This document shows positions 35,712 to 45,097 of a stretch of DNA of 64,000 nt, in pieces. The stretch lies in the NCBI GenBank assembly GCA_026128965.1, contig JAHCIY010000002.1:1936468-2000467 (forward strand), given 5' to 3'. The notes below the pieces were generated by a model. That model was not told the origin of the DNA. It did no database searches and was given only the letters and a program-made list of their open reading frames with translations. Position numbers and translations under genes: made by a program. Origin of the DNA: Labilithrix sp. (GTDB lineage: Bacteria > Myxococcota_A > Polyangia > Polyangiales > Polyangiaceae). Position 1 is the first letter of the stretch. The number at the start of each line of letters is the position of its first letter.

Positions 35712-36776
35712 ATGCGTACCCCCGTGATCGCTCTGGTTTTCTGCGCCGTTGCATGTGCGTCTCCGCCGCCGGCGAAGCCCGCCGGCGGCCAGGTCCCCAC
35801 CGTCGTCACGGCCGCCGCCGGCGACGGCGATCTGCGGATCGCGGAGCTCGGCAAGTGCGCGCTCGACAGCGGCGAGACGATCGAGGAGTGCCGCATCGGC
35901 TACCGCACCTACGGCAAGCTCGACGCGACGAAGTCGAACGTCGTCCTCTGGCCGACGTGGTTCACCGGCACGACGAAGCACCTCGCGTTCGTGCCGAAGG
36001 ACTTCGTCGACACGAAGCGCTTCTTCCTCGTGCTCGTCGACGCGATCGGCAACGGCGTGTCGTCGGCACCGTCGAGCAGCCGCGTGCAGCCGCGCCTTCG
36101 CTTCCCGAAGTTCACCGTCCACGACATGGTCGAGAGCCAGCGCCGCTTGCTGCGTGAGGTGCTCAAGGTCGAGAAGCTCCACACGGTGATGGGAATATCC
36201 ATGGGCGGAATGCAGTCCTTCGAGTGGGCCGTCAGTCACCCGGACGAAGTGGGACGCATCGTTCCGATCGTGGGCACTCCACAGCTCACGGCGCAGGACC
36301 TGTTGCTCTGGCACGCCGAGCTCGACCTCCTGGATGGATCGAAGGCGTACGCTGGTGGGGAGTACCAGGACCGGCCGAAGATCCCAGCCCTGCACGAGCT
36401 CCACTGGTTGATGCTCTCCACTGCTCAACATCGGAACCAGGAGACGAGCCGCGCGCAGTTCGCCGCGTTCAAGTCGGAGATCGAGAACGACACCGAGTTC
36501 GACTGGAACGACTGGCACCGCCAGCTCGAGGCGATGATCGTCCACGACGTCGCGCGGAGCGACGGCGGCGACCTCGAGAAGGCCGCGAAGCGCGTGAAGG
36601 CGAAGGCGCTCGTCGTCGTCGCCGAGCACGATCGCATGGTGAGCCCCGAGCCGGCGAAGGCCTTCGCGAAGGCGACGAACGCGAAGCTCGTCATCACCGA
36701 ATCCCCATGGGGTCACATGGCCCCAGGCCACGACCCCGCCGTACCCGCCGCAGTAAAGGCCTTCCTCGCAGAGTAA
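35712..36776 (+). CDS. Alpha/beta-fold hydrolase of the MetX/homoserine-O-acetyltransferase-like family, lipoprotein
   Basis: About 354 aa. It starts MRTPVIALVFCAVACAS (lipobox) and has the nucleophile elbow GISMGGMQSFEW. It ends with the conserved C-terminal His region (...SPWGHMAPGHD...). Confidence 0.8.
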   Translation: MRTPVIALVFCAVACASPPPAKPAGGQVPTVVTAAAGDGDLRIAELGKCALDSGETIEECRIGYRTYGKLDATKSNVVLWPTWFTGTTKHLAFVPKDFVDTKRFFLVLVDAIGNGVSSAPSSSRVQPRLRFPKFTVHDMVESQRRLLREVLKVEKLHTVMGISMGGMQSFEWAVSHPDEVGRIVPIVGTPQLTAQDLLLWHAELDLLDGSKAYAGGEYQDRPKIPALHELHWLMLSTAQHRNQETSRAQFAAFKSEIENDTEFDWNDWHRQLEAMIVHDVARSDGGDLEKAAKRVKAKALVVVAEHDRMVSPEPAKAFAKATNAKLVITESPWGHMAPGHDPAVPAAVKAFLAE

Positions 36777-36892
36777 GCCGCGCTCGCGACATTCCGCGAG
36801 CAAGCGAGCACGCGGCAGAAAAACGTTCCGACGTTTTTCTGCATCGTGCGAGCGGGGTGCAGGGGCGGAGCCCCTGCTATGAAAAGCCCCTG

Positions 36893-37558
36893 CTATGAAG
36901 AGCAGCCCGCGACGCTCGACTTCTTGGCGCACGACGTCGCGAACGCGGAGAGCATCGCCTTCGTCGGGAGGTAACAGCTGCCGTCCTTCGCCGTCGCGCT
37001 GACCCACTTCACCGCGCCCGAGGGCGTCGCCATGATGCGCGCCGCCTTCGCGTCGCCGTAGGCCGGCTTGCCGTCCTTCGTCGTGCCGCCGTAGTCGTCG
37101 TTCCAGTTCGTGAACGCGCCGTCCCAGTCGTCGTGCTTCGCGCGCAGATCGGCGAGCTCCTCCGGCGGGTCGGCCATGATGGCCTCGAACCGCGCGATCG
37201 ACGCCCACGCGCAGCGGCGACCGAGGTCGCTGCCGTTCGCCCACTCGTGATCGCTGCTCTTGCCGCCGGCCCACTTCTGGTGCCAGTCGATCCCGAAGAG
37301 CGAAGCACCCTCGCTCTCGGACCCGGTGCTCGCGTCGATCGTGGGGGCCACGATGCTCGCGCCGAGGACGACGTGCTCCTGATCGACATCGCCGACCGCC
37401 TTCTTGATCGCAGCGACCTGGTTCTCGTCACCGGTCAAGTCGCTGATCCCCGTCTCGGTGTCTTCGTCCAGCGCCGGCGCACAGCCGCCGAGGAAGCTGG
37501 CGGCTCCGAGGAGGACACAGATAAGGAGGGCCCGGCCCATCGCGGGTAGGTTCTGCAT
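36893..37558 (-). CDS. Lipoprotein, hypothetical
   Basis: About 221 aa. It starts MQNLPAMGRALLICVLLGAASFLGGCAP (lipobox). An alternative start at MGRALL (37540) is possible. Confidence 0.6.
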   Translation of the reverse strand: MQNLPAMGRALLICVLLGAASFLGGCAPALDEDTETGISDLTGDENQVAAIKKAVGDVDQEHVVLGASIVAPTIDASTGSESEGASLFGIDWHQKWAGGKSSDHEWANGSDLGRRCAWASIARFEAIMADPPEELADLRAKHDDWDGAFTNWNDDYGGTTKDGKPAYGDAKAARIMATPSGAVKWVSATAKDGSCYLPTKAMLSAFATSCAKKSSVAGCSS

Positions 37559-37566
37559 ACATCGAA

Positions 37567-37624
37567 CCACCCACGGACCTTGCCTCGAAGCGAACGATTC
37601 CGGCAAGTTATCCGAGATGGGTGG
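37567..37624. promoter_or_regulatory. Nested stem-loop in the 5' leader of the lipoprotein gene, inside the 325-bp divergent intergenic region
   Basis: The outer stem ccaccca (37567-73) pairs with tgggtgg (37618-24). The inner stem cttgcc (37579-84) pairs with ggcaag (37602-07). The loop is 17 nt. Confidence 0.35.
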
Positions 37625-37882
37625 GGCTCGATCCCGCGCCGGGTGAGCAGCGCGAGGCCCACTGCGCAAGTCCATGGCGGTCGGGTGCTCGGCGGCGCGC
37701 CAGACGCGCAGATCGGGGACGAGGATCGGGTGCTCCGGCTTGGCCCGCCGCCTGCACACACTCTCCGCATGGTCGTCCCGCTTCGTGATTGGCTCCTCCT
37801 CCGTGGTCGCTTGCGCCGTGTGCTCGGCAAGGAGATGGAGATCCTTGTCTGGTGAGGGTAGCGTCCGCGCGCTTTGCGCTTC

Positions 37883-39322
37883 ATGCACCCCGCTCACGAC
37901 GAGCACCTCGAGCTCTCGACCGACGACGTCTTCATCAACCCGGGCTACTTCGACGGCGGCTCGCGCCTCGACACGGATCTGACGCCGCCCGACTTCGCGG
38001 GCAGCTCGCATCCGATCGTCTCCGCGAACATGAACGCGGTGACCGGGAAGCGAATGGCAGAGACGATGGCGCGCTTCGGCGGCCTCGGCGTGCTCCCGCA
38101 AGACATGGAGCTCCACACCGTGGAGCGCATCGTGAAGCACATTCACGGCGCCGACGTCCGCTACGACACGCCGCTCGAGGTCTCGCCGCGCGCGACCTTG
38201 CGCGACGTGCAGGGGATCATCCGCAAGCGCTCGCACGATCTCGTCGTCGTCGTCGACAAGCTGCGCCGTCCCGTCGGCGTCGTCACGCACTCCGTCCTCG
38301 CGAACCGCGATCAGTACACGCCGGTCGAGGCGGTCATGTCGAAGCGGATCGTGGCGCTTCCGGTCGGGGTCCCCAACCGCGACGCGTTCCTCCGCATGGA
38401 GGAGGAGCGCGTCAAGGCCGCGCCCGTCGTCGACGACGCGGGCCGCCTCGTCGGCGTCCTCGGCAAGGAGGACTGCGTGCGCCTCGAGCTCCTCCGCCCC
38501 GCGCTGAGCAAGAAGGGCGAGCTCATGGTCGCGGCCGCGGTCGGCATCTCGGCGCAGGCGGCCGACACCGCGAAGAAGCTCCTCGACCTCGGCGTCGACG
38601 CGCTCGTCCTCGACACCGCGCACGGCCACCAGCGGCGGATGCTCGAGGCGATCCGCGCGGTGCGCGCCGTCATCGGCGATCGCGTCCCGCTCGTCGCCGG
38701 CAACGTCTGCACCGCGGAGGGCACGCGCGCGCTGATCGAAGCGGGCGCCGACGTGATCAAGGTCAACGTCGGCCCCGGCGCGATGTGCACGACGCGCATG
38801 CAGACGGCTGCCGGACGCCCGACCTTCAGCTCCGTCCTCGCCTGCGCGCGCGAGGCGCGGAGGCTCGGCCGGCACGTGTGGGCCGACGGCGGCGTGCGCC
38901 ACCCGCGCGACGTCGCGCTCTACCTCGCCGCCGGCGCCGCGCGCGTGATGGTCGGCACCGCGCTCGCGGGCACCTACGAGAGCCCGGGCGACGTGCTCGA
39001 GGACAAGGACGGCCTCCTCTTCAAGGAGAACTACGGCATGGCGAGCGCGCGCGCGGTGGAGGGGCGCACCGCCGATCTCGACGTGTTCGAGCGCGCGAAG
39101 AAGGGCTTCTTCCGCGAGGGCATCTCGACGTCGCGCATCTACCTCCGCGCGGGGCAGGAGAGCGCGGCCGGGATCCTCGTCGACATGATCACGGGCGTGC
39201 AGTCCGCCTTCACGTACGTCGGCGCCCGCACCGTCGACGAGTTCCACGAGCGCGCCGAGATCGGCGTCCAGACCTGGGCCGGCTACGGCGAGGGCACGCC
39301 GCACGGCCAGGTCCGGCGTTAG
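37883..39322 (+). CDS. GuaB1-type IMP dehydrogenase/GMP reductase family protein
   Basis: 479 aa, starting MHPAHDEHLELSTDDVFINPGY. It has a CBS pair (…VVVVDKLRRPVGVVTHSVL…APVVDDAGRLVGVLGKEDC) and a catalytic loop VNVGPGAMCTTR that is typical of GuaB1-like enzymes. Confidence 0.85.
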   Translation: MHPAHDEHLELSTDDVFINPGYFDGGSRLDTDLTPPDFAGSSHPIVSANMNAVTGKRMAETMARFGGLGVLPQDMELHTVERIVKHIHGADVRYDTPLEVSPRATLRDVQGIIRKRSHDLVVVVDKLRRPVGVVTHSVLANRDQYTPVEAVMSKRIVALPVGVPNRDAFLRMEEERVKAAPVVDDAGRLVGVLGKEDCVRLELLRPALSKKGELMVAAAVGISAQAADTAKKLLDLGVDALVLDTAHGHQRRMLEAIRAVRAVIGDRVPLVAGNVCTAEGTRALIEAGADVIKVNVGPGAMCTTRMQTAAGRPTFSSVLACAREARRLGRHVWADGGVRHPRDVALYLAAGAARVMVGTALAGTYESPGDVLEDKDGLLFKENYGMASARAVEGRTADLDVFERAKKGFFREGISTSRIYLRAGQESAAGILVDMITGVQSAFTYVGARTVDEFHERAEIGVQTWAGYGEGTPHGQVRR

Positions 39323-39327
39323 CCGCG

Positions 39328-42300
39328 CTACGGCGGGGCCACCGCGGGGAGCGGCTTTCCTTTCAGCGCCTCGATCGCGCGTTCGCAGCGCGCGATCGCC
39401 TCCGGGAGCGCGTCCTCCACCGTGCAGCGGACGCTGCGCCGCCCGCCGAGATCGTCGGGCATGACCGCGACGACGCCGCCGAGGACCTCTTCGCCCGCCG
39501 CGTCCACCGCGATGAAGTGGGCGTGGAGGGACGTCGTCGGCACGAGGGCGCCGATCGGGAGCGCCGACAGCGTCCAGCGCCAGCGGAGGTTCGGTCCGCT
39601 CGCTTGTGTCTGCTCCGCGCTCACGAGGCCCCGCGCGCGGGCGATCGGATCCGTCGTCGGGATCGGCTTCACGATCAGGGTGAACGCGCCGCACGTGTAC
39701 GTCGTGCGCGTGGCGTCGAGCGCGCACTGCTCGTGCTCGAATTTCGCGCGGCGCGGCGCGTCGGGCGTGAGGTCGAAGTCGGCTTCGAGGTTCTCGCGCC
39801 GCGCGTTCGGCGTCTGGTGTCCGGCGGTGAGCTCGGCGACGGTCTTCCTCACGTAGGCGCGCAGCTCCGAGACCTTGAGCTCACCGTCCTCGCCGGCGTC
39901 GGCCTTCCGCTCGCGGAGCCCCTGCAGGAGCGCGTAGGTGAAGACGCTGTTCTTCCACTCCGGATCTTCGAGCGAGTACTCGGCGCCCGCGGACGAGGCG
40001 AGCACGTGCGCGCCGGTCCCGCGACGGAGATCGGCGAAGAAGTCACGCGGCTGCGCGGCGCGCGTCGTTCGCGACGCCGGCGTCGGGCTCGTCACCTTCA
40101 CGCGCCCGCTCTTCGTGATCTCGGCGGCCTCGGCCGCGTCGAGCTCGCCGGCGTGGCAGCTATCCATCACGAGGAGCTTCTTCCGCGCGGGGACGCCGTC
40201 GAGGAGCCCCTCGATCGCGGCGTACGACACCGCGGTCCTCTGCACGTCGGCGACGTCGGCGTCGTGCGGCGCGAAGAAGTAGCCGCCGCTCCGGTCGAGG
40301 ACGCCGTGCCCCGACGCGTAGAGGACGACGACGTCCTCCGCCTTCGTCTTCTCGATCTCGGAGCGGAGCGCGAGGATCGCGGCGCGCGTCGCCTTCGCGT
40401 TCGTGAGCTCCGTCGTGCGGACGCCGGCGAACGACGGGCCCGGCTTGAACGCGCTCGCGAAGTCGCGCGCGTCCTTCGCGGGATAACGCAGACCCGCGAG
40501 CTCGGGCCGCGCGTACTCCGTTACGCCGATCGCGTAGACGTGGAGCACCGGCTTCGGCGCGGCGCCCACGTACGTCGTCACCGCCGTCGCCTCGAGCGAG
40601 AGGACGCCGAGCTCGTTCTCGACCGAGACCTGGAGCTTGTTCGAGCCGGGCACGAGCTCGATCGCGACCTCCTCCTCCACGCGCGGCGCCGGCGTGAGCG
40701 CCTTTCCTCCCGCGCCGAAGAGCGGCACGCCGTTGTCGATCACGTGGAGCCGATGCAGCTTCTTCGTCCGGTCGGACGCGCTCACGCGGAGGCGCAGCGT
40801 CTTGTCCTTCGCGACGGGCGTGACGCCGGCGACGGTGACGGTCGGGACCTCGCCGCGGACGAGCGACGCGGCGCGGTCGGGCGCGACCCCGAGCTTTCGG
40901 AGCCGCTCTCGCCGCGCGGCGTCGTAAGCGTCGACCACGTCCTTCGGCGCGTAGCCGACGCGCGCGAGGGCGCCGGCAGGATTGTTGTAGAGCGCATCGA
41001 ACTGCTCGAAGGGGTAGACGCGGTCCCCCCAGCGAAACCCGAGCGCGCCGGCGGCGTCGCGCGGCGCGAGGTACGCGCCGGTGTCGGCGACGAGGACGAG
41101 CCCGCCGGAGGGGAGGGCGGCGAAGGTGGTGACGACGCCCGACGCCGTGTCGAGGAGCCGGCCCGAGCCGTCGGTGTCGAGCCACACCAGCGTGCGGCCG
41201 TCCCCGAAGAAGCCGAGCTTCGACGGCGCGTGCGCGTGCAGGTCGGCGTGCCCGCGCTCGCGCCACGTCTCGGTGTCGAAGAGCGTGACGTGGCCCGCCT
41301 CGTCGCCGACCGCGAGGAGCTTCTGGCGCGGCGAGGCCGCGACGGCGGCGAAGCCGGGGAAGCCGCTCAGCGTCGTGAGGACGCGCTTCGTCGCGAGGTC
41401 CCACGCCACGACGTGGGTCCCGTCGCTCGTGACGAGCACCCGATCCGACGCGAAGGCGATCGGGCGCAGGAACCTCCCGCTCGCGTCGAGCGCGGCGACG
41501 CGCGCGCCGTCCTTCGTCGCGAAGACCTCCACCGATCTTTCGTCGCGCTGAGAGGAGACCGCGACGCGAGAGCCGTCCGGGCTCACCGCCATCGCGAAGA
41601 CGTGGTCGCCCTGGAGCGGCACGCGCCATCGCTCGGCGCCGGTGGCGGCCTCGTGCGCGACGATCGCGGCGTGGCCGTCGAGCGTCACGATCGCGCTGCC
41701 GCGATCGGCGTGCTCGACGTGCTGCAGCAGTCCGAAGGGGCCGTTCGCCTTCGTCACGCGCCAGAGCTCCTTCCTCGCCGCCCCCTCCGCGGCGTCGATC
41801 TCGCGGTAGCGCGAGGTGACGAGCACGTCGCGGTCCGGCGCGAACGAGCCCGCGCTCGCGCTCGCGCCCATCGGCGGGCGGATCTTCCGCTCGCCGCCGC
41901 CGTCGCGCGCGTCCCAGACGAGGTCCTGTCCGCCGCGCGAAGTCGCGTCCACGCTCGCGACGAACATGCGCGGCGCGCGCGGATCGGTCGCGAGGGAGAC
42001 GATGTTGGTCGTGCGGGAGCGGAGGTCGCGGACGTTCTGCCATCCGCCGGTCTCCCAGAGCGCGAGCTCGCCGGACCGCCCCGAGGCGAGGAGCGCGCCG
42101 TCGGGCGAGAACGCGAGCGCCTGCGTCGCGCGCGGCTCGAGCCTCGTCGTCGCCCCCGCGTCGAGGTCGTGCACGAAGAGACCGTCGGTGGTGGCGGCGG
42201 CGACGATCCGCCGCGTGGGGTGAAGCGCGATCGCCTCGACGTGCCCCTCCGTTCCCCACGCGCCGCCGTACACGAGCGGTCGCCAGCGCGTCCGCGCGCC

Positions 42301-44955
42301 GGTCGCGACGTCGACGACGACGACGAGCCCGCGGTCGTCGGCGCACGCGGCGAGCTCCCCGCGCTGGGCGGCTGCGACGGCGACGATCGCGCGCGACGTG
42401 CAGCGGAGCTCGCGCGGCGCCGCGGCGCGGAGGTCGAAGACCTGGAGCATGCCGGTGTGGTCCTTGCCGTCCTTCTCGAAGGACAGGAGCGGGGACCGGC
42501 GCGCTCCCACGACGACGTCGCCCGCGACCGCGAGGAGATCCGAGATCACCTTCGCCGGCAGCGTGCTCGCGCGCTCGCCGACGTCCTCGAGCACGGAGAG
42601 CGACCGGCCGCCATGAACAACGACGTGGCGCGGATCGCTCCACGAGAGCGGCCTCCGGCCGTGACCTCCGAGCGGCCGCTCCGCGATCCGCTCGCCCGTC
42701 CGCGCCGAGAGGAAGAGGCTCTCGTCGCTCGCGGTCGCGATCGTCGCGCCGTCGGGCGAGAAGGCAGCGCGATCCTTCCCCGGGAGGCGCGCGGTGAGGA
42801 GACCGGTCGCGACGTCGAAGAGGAGGACCCCTTCGCGCTGCACCGTCGCGAGCGTCGCGCTCGTCGGATCGAACGCGAGCGACTCGAACCGCGAGTCCGG
42901 CCAGCCTTGCACGATCGCGCTCGGCGCCTCGGCCGGCGGCGCGCGTCCGTCGACGGCGCGTCCGAGCACGCCGCGGCGACGGCGCGTGTCCGCCCACGCG
43001 TCCCACGGCGCCGCCGCGCCGTCCTTCACGCCGTACACGATCATGCGCTCGGCGCGCGCGGAGCGGCTCTCGAAGCGGCCGTCCGCGCCGAGGACGAGCC
43101 AGTCGTGCGCGCCCACCGTCGCGAGCTCGGCGGCGAGCGCGCCGCGCGGATCCCAGAGCCGCACCCCGCCGTCGTCGTGTCCGGAGACGACGCGGCCGTC
43201 GGGGAGGAACGCGACCGCGTTCGCCCAGGAGGGGACCGGCGCGGTCTCGAGCAGGCGCGCGCCCGTCGCGACGTCGAAGACGCGAGCCTTGCCGTCACGC
43301 GCGCCGGCGGCGATGACCTTGCCGTCGCTCCGGAAGGCGAGCGACAGCACCGGCGCGCCGGCGTCGATCGTGCGGATCGGAGCGTCGCCGGTCGTGTCCC
43401 ACAGCCGGATCGTCCCGTCGCGGTGCCCGCTCGCGAGGAGCGCGCCGGCCGGCGCGAACGCGACCGCGGCCGTCGCGCCGGGACCGCGCGCGAGGATCCG
43501 CTCGCCGTCCCCGTCGAGCGCACGGAGCGCGAGGATCGGCTCGTCGCGCGTGGACTCGCCGCCGACCGCCGCCACGCGATCGTCGGCGCGGACGGCGAGC
43601 GCGGTCCCGAGCGCGATCGCCTTCAGCGGCAAGAGCCGCTCCTCCTCGTCCTTCGCCGGCGTCCGCAGCGCGATCGCGTCGCGGGTCGCGATCGCGAAGG
43701 TGGTCCCGTCGCGGAGGAAGGAGACCGCGCCCACCTCGTGCGTGAAGGACGGTCCGTCGAGCGCCGCGCCGGTGCTCACGCGATGGAGCAAGATCCCGCC
43801 GAGGCGGTTCGGGCGGAGCGCGAGCTCGCCGCTCGGCGAGAGGCTCATTCCACCCGCCCCGTCGGCGCGCGGGACGTCGACGACCTTCGTCCCGCCGTCG
43901 AGCGACCACACATGGACCGCTGCCCCGCTGGCGACGAGGCGCTTGCCGTCCGGCGTCACCGCGAGGGCCGAGACCGTCGCGCTGCGGGCGGGCGCGAAGA
44001 CGACGCCGGTCCTTCGGTCGACGGAGAAGAGGTCCTCGCCCTTGCTTGCGACGATGCGCTCGTCGTCGAGCCAGGCCTGGTCGAACTCGAACGCGCCGGC
44101 CGACGACGCGTGGCTCGTCGCGACCTCGATCACGCGGCTGTCGTGCTTGCCGATCGGCGGCTGGACGAGGAGCCAGCGTCCGTCGCGCGAGAGCGCCATC
44201 GCGTCGAGCGTCGAGCCCGCGGCCGCGTGCGGGCGGCGCGTCTCGTCGCCTTTGCGCCAGGTCTCGATCGACGTGGCGCTCTTGCCCGCGATCGTCGCGC
44301 CGTCGCCCGAGAGCGCCTTGCTCCAGAATCCGTTCACGACCGTGTCGTCGAAGGCCGGCGCGCCGCGCGCGTCGCGGACGCGGACCATCGCCATGCTGCC
44401 GAGGACGACGAGCCCTCCCGCGTCGTCGAACCGCGCCGCGACGACGTCGCCGAGGCCTTCCGGCAGCGGATCGCTCTCGCGCTCCACGCGGACGCGATCG
44501 CTCACGATCGCGATCGCGCCGTCGTCCGCGATCGCGACCGCGCGCACACCGGTCGCGGCGAGCTCGCGGTGCCCCTCGTTCGATCGCGGGCTCCACCTCG
44601 TCGCGCGACCTTCCTTCGTCCAGACGAAGGCCTCGCCCTCGCTCGTGACCAGGACGCCCGCGACCGAGCCCGGCACGAGCGACGTCGCGAGCTCGCGGAG
44701 CGGCTCGGCCTGCCAGAGCTTCACGACCCCGTGCTCGTCCCCGGTCGCGACCCAGCGTCGATCGCGCGAGACGTCGATCGTGGTGATGGTCGCGCCGTGC
44801 CCGCTCGCGCGGACGGTCCGGACCCCGTCGTTCGGGACCGGGACGTCGGGCTCGTCCTGCGGGACGGCCTCGCGCGGCGGCGGAGGACGCACCGGGTGGC
44901 GGTGCCCTGCACACGCGGTGAGGAGCGCCGTTAATAGAAGGAGGAGGGCCCTCAT
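39328..44955 (-). CDS. Giant lipoprotein (~1,875 aa) made of multiple WD40/beta-propeller arrays with a C-terminal caspase-like (peptidase C14, orthocaspase) domain
   Basis: The signal peptide and lipobox are MRALLLLLTALLTACAG. It has dozens of WD-like units (…GHRDGTIRLWD…, …GHDDGGVRLWD…). The C-terminal region reads …HVYAIGVTEYARPELAGLRYPAKDARDFASAF…VVVLYASGHGV… (catalytic His) …KKLLVMDSCHAGE… (catalytic Cys). Track ORF 39328..45642 includes a non-coding N-terminal extension. Confidence 0.85.
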   Translation of the reverse strand: MRALLLLLTALLTACAGHRHPVRPPPPREAVPQDEPDVPVPNDGVRTVRASGHGATITTIDVSRDRRWVATGDEHGVVKLWQAEPLRELATSLVPGSVAGVLVTSEGEAFVWTKEGRATRWSPRSNEGHRELAATGVRAVAIADDGAIAIVSDRVRVERESDPLPEGLGDVVAARFDDAGGLVVLGSMAMVRVRDARGAPAFDDTVVNGFWSKALSGDGATIAGKSATSIETWRKGDETRRPHAAAGSTLDAMALSRDGRWLLVQPPIGKHDSRVIEVATSHASSAGAFEFDQAWLDDERIVASKGEDLFSVDRRTGVVFAPARSATVSALAVTPDGKRLVASGAAVHVWSLDGGTKVVDVPRADGAGGMSLSPSGELALRPNRLGGILLHRVSTGAALDGPSFTHEVGAVSFLRDGTTFAIATRDAIALRTPAKDEEERLLPLKAIALGTALAVRADDRVAAVGGESTRDEPILALRALDGDGERILARGPGATAAVAFAPAGALLASGHRDGTIRLWDTTGDAPIRTIDAGAPVLSLAFRSDGKVIAAGARDGKARVFDVATGARLLETAPVPSWANAVAFLPDGRVVSGHDDGGVRLWDPRGALAAELATVGAHDWLVLGADGRFESRSARAERMIVYGVKDGAAAPWDAWADTRRRRGVLGRAVDGRAPPAEAPSAIVQGWPDSRFESLAFDPTSATLATVQREGVLLFDVATGLLTARLPGKDRAAFSPDGATIATASDESLFLSARTGERIAERPLGGHGRRPLSWSDPRHVVVHGGRSLSVLEDVGERASTLPAKVISDLLAVAGDVVVGARRSPLLSFEKDGKDHTGMLQVFDLRAAAPRELRCTSRAIVAVAAAQRGELAACADDRGLVVVVDVATGARTRWRPLVYGGAWGTEGHVEAIALHPTRRIVAAATTDGLFVHDLDAGATTRLEPRATQALAFSPDGALLASGRSGELALWETGGWQNVRDLRSRTTNIVSLATDPRAPRMFVASVDATSRGGQDLVWDARDGGGERKIRPPMGASASAGSFAPDRDVLVTSRYREIDAAEGAARKELWRVTKANGPFGLLQHVEHADRGSAIVTLDGHAAIVAHEAATGAERWRVPLQGDHVFAMAVSPDGSRVAVSSQRDERSVEVFATKDGARVAALDASGRFLRPIAFASDRVLVTSDGTHVVAWDLATKRVLTTLSGFPGFAAVAASPRQKLLAVGDEAGHVTLFDTETWRERGHADLHAHAPSKLGFFGDGRTLVWLDTDGSGRLLDTASGVVTTFAALPSGGLVLVADTGAYLAPRDAAGALGFRWGDRVYPFEQFDALYNNPAGALARVGYAPKDVVDAYDAARRERLRKLGVAPDRAASLVRGEVPTVTVAGVTPVAKDKTLRLRVSASDRTKKLHRLHVIDNGVPLFGAGGKALTPAPRVEEEVAIELVPGSNKLQVSVENELGVLSLEATAVTTYVGAAPKPVLHVYAIGVTEYARPELAGLRYPAKDARDFASAFKPGPSFAGVRTTELTNAKATRAAILALRSEIEKTKAEDVVVLYASGHGVLDRSGGYFFAPHDADVADVQRTAVSYAAIEGLLDGVPARKKLLVMDSCHAGELDAAEAAEITKSGRVKVTSPTPASRTTRAAQPRDFFADLRRGTGAHVLASSAGAEYSLEDPEWKNSVFTYALLQGLRERKADAGEDGELKVSELRAYVRKTVAELTAGHQTPNARRENLEADFDLTPDAPRRAKFEHEQCALDATRTTYTCGAFTLIVKPIPTTDPIARARGLVSAEQTQASGPNLRWRWTLSALPIGALVPTTSLHAHFIAVDAAGEEVLGGVVAVMPDDLGGRRSVRCTVEDALPEAIARCERAIEALKGKPLPAVAPP

Positions 44956-45097
44956 GGAACCGTGCATCCTACCGCCGGGCTGGACTCCTGCCGCCGGAGG
45001 CCTAAAAAAGGCGCGCAACGCCGAGACCTCTTGCGGCATCTCTACGTTGGCCGGCTCCTTGACCGGCGATAACCCCTCGAATAGACGTCGGATCTCA

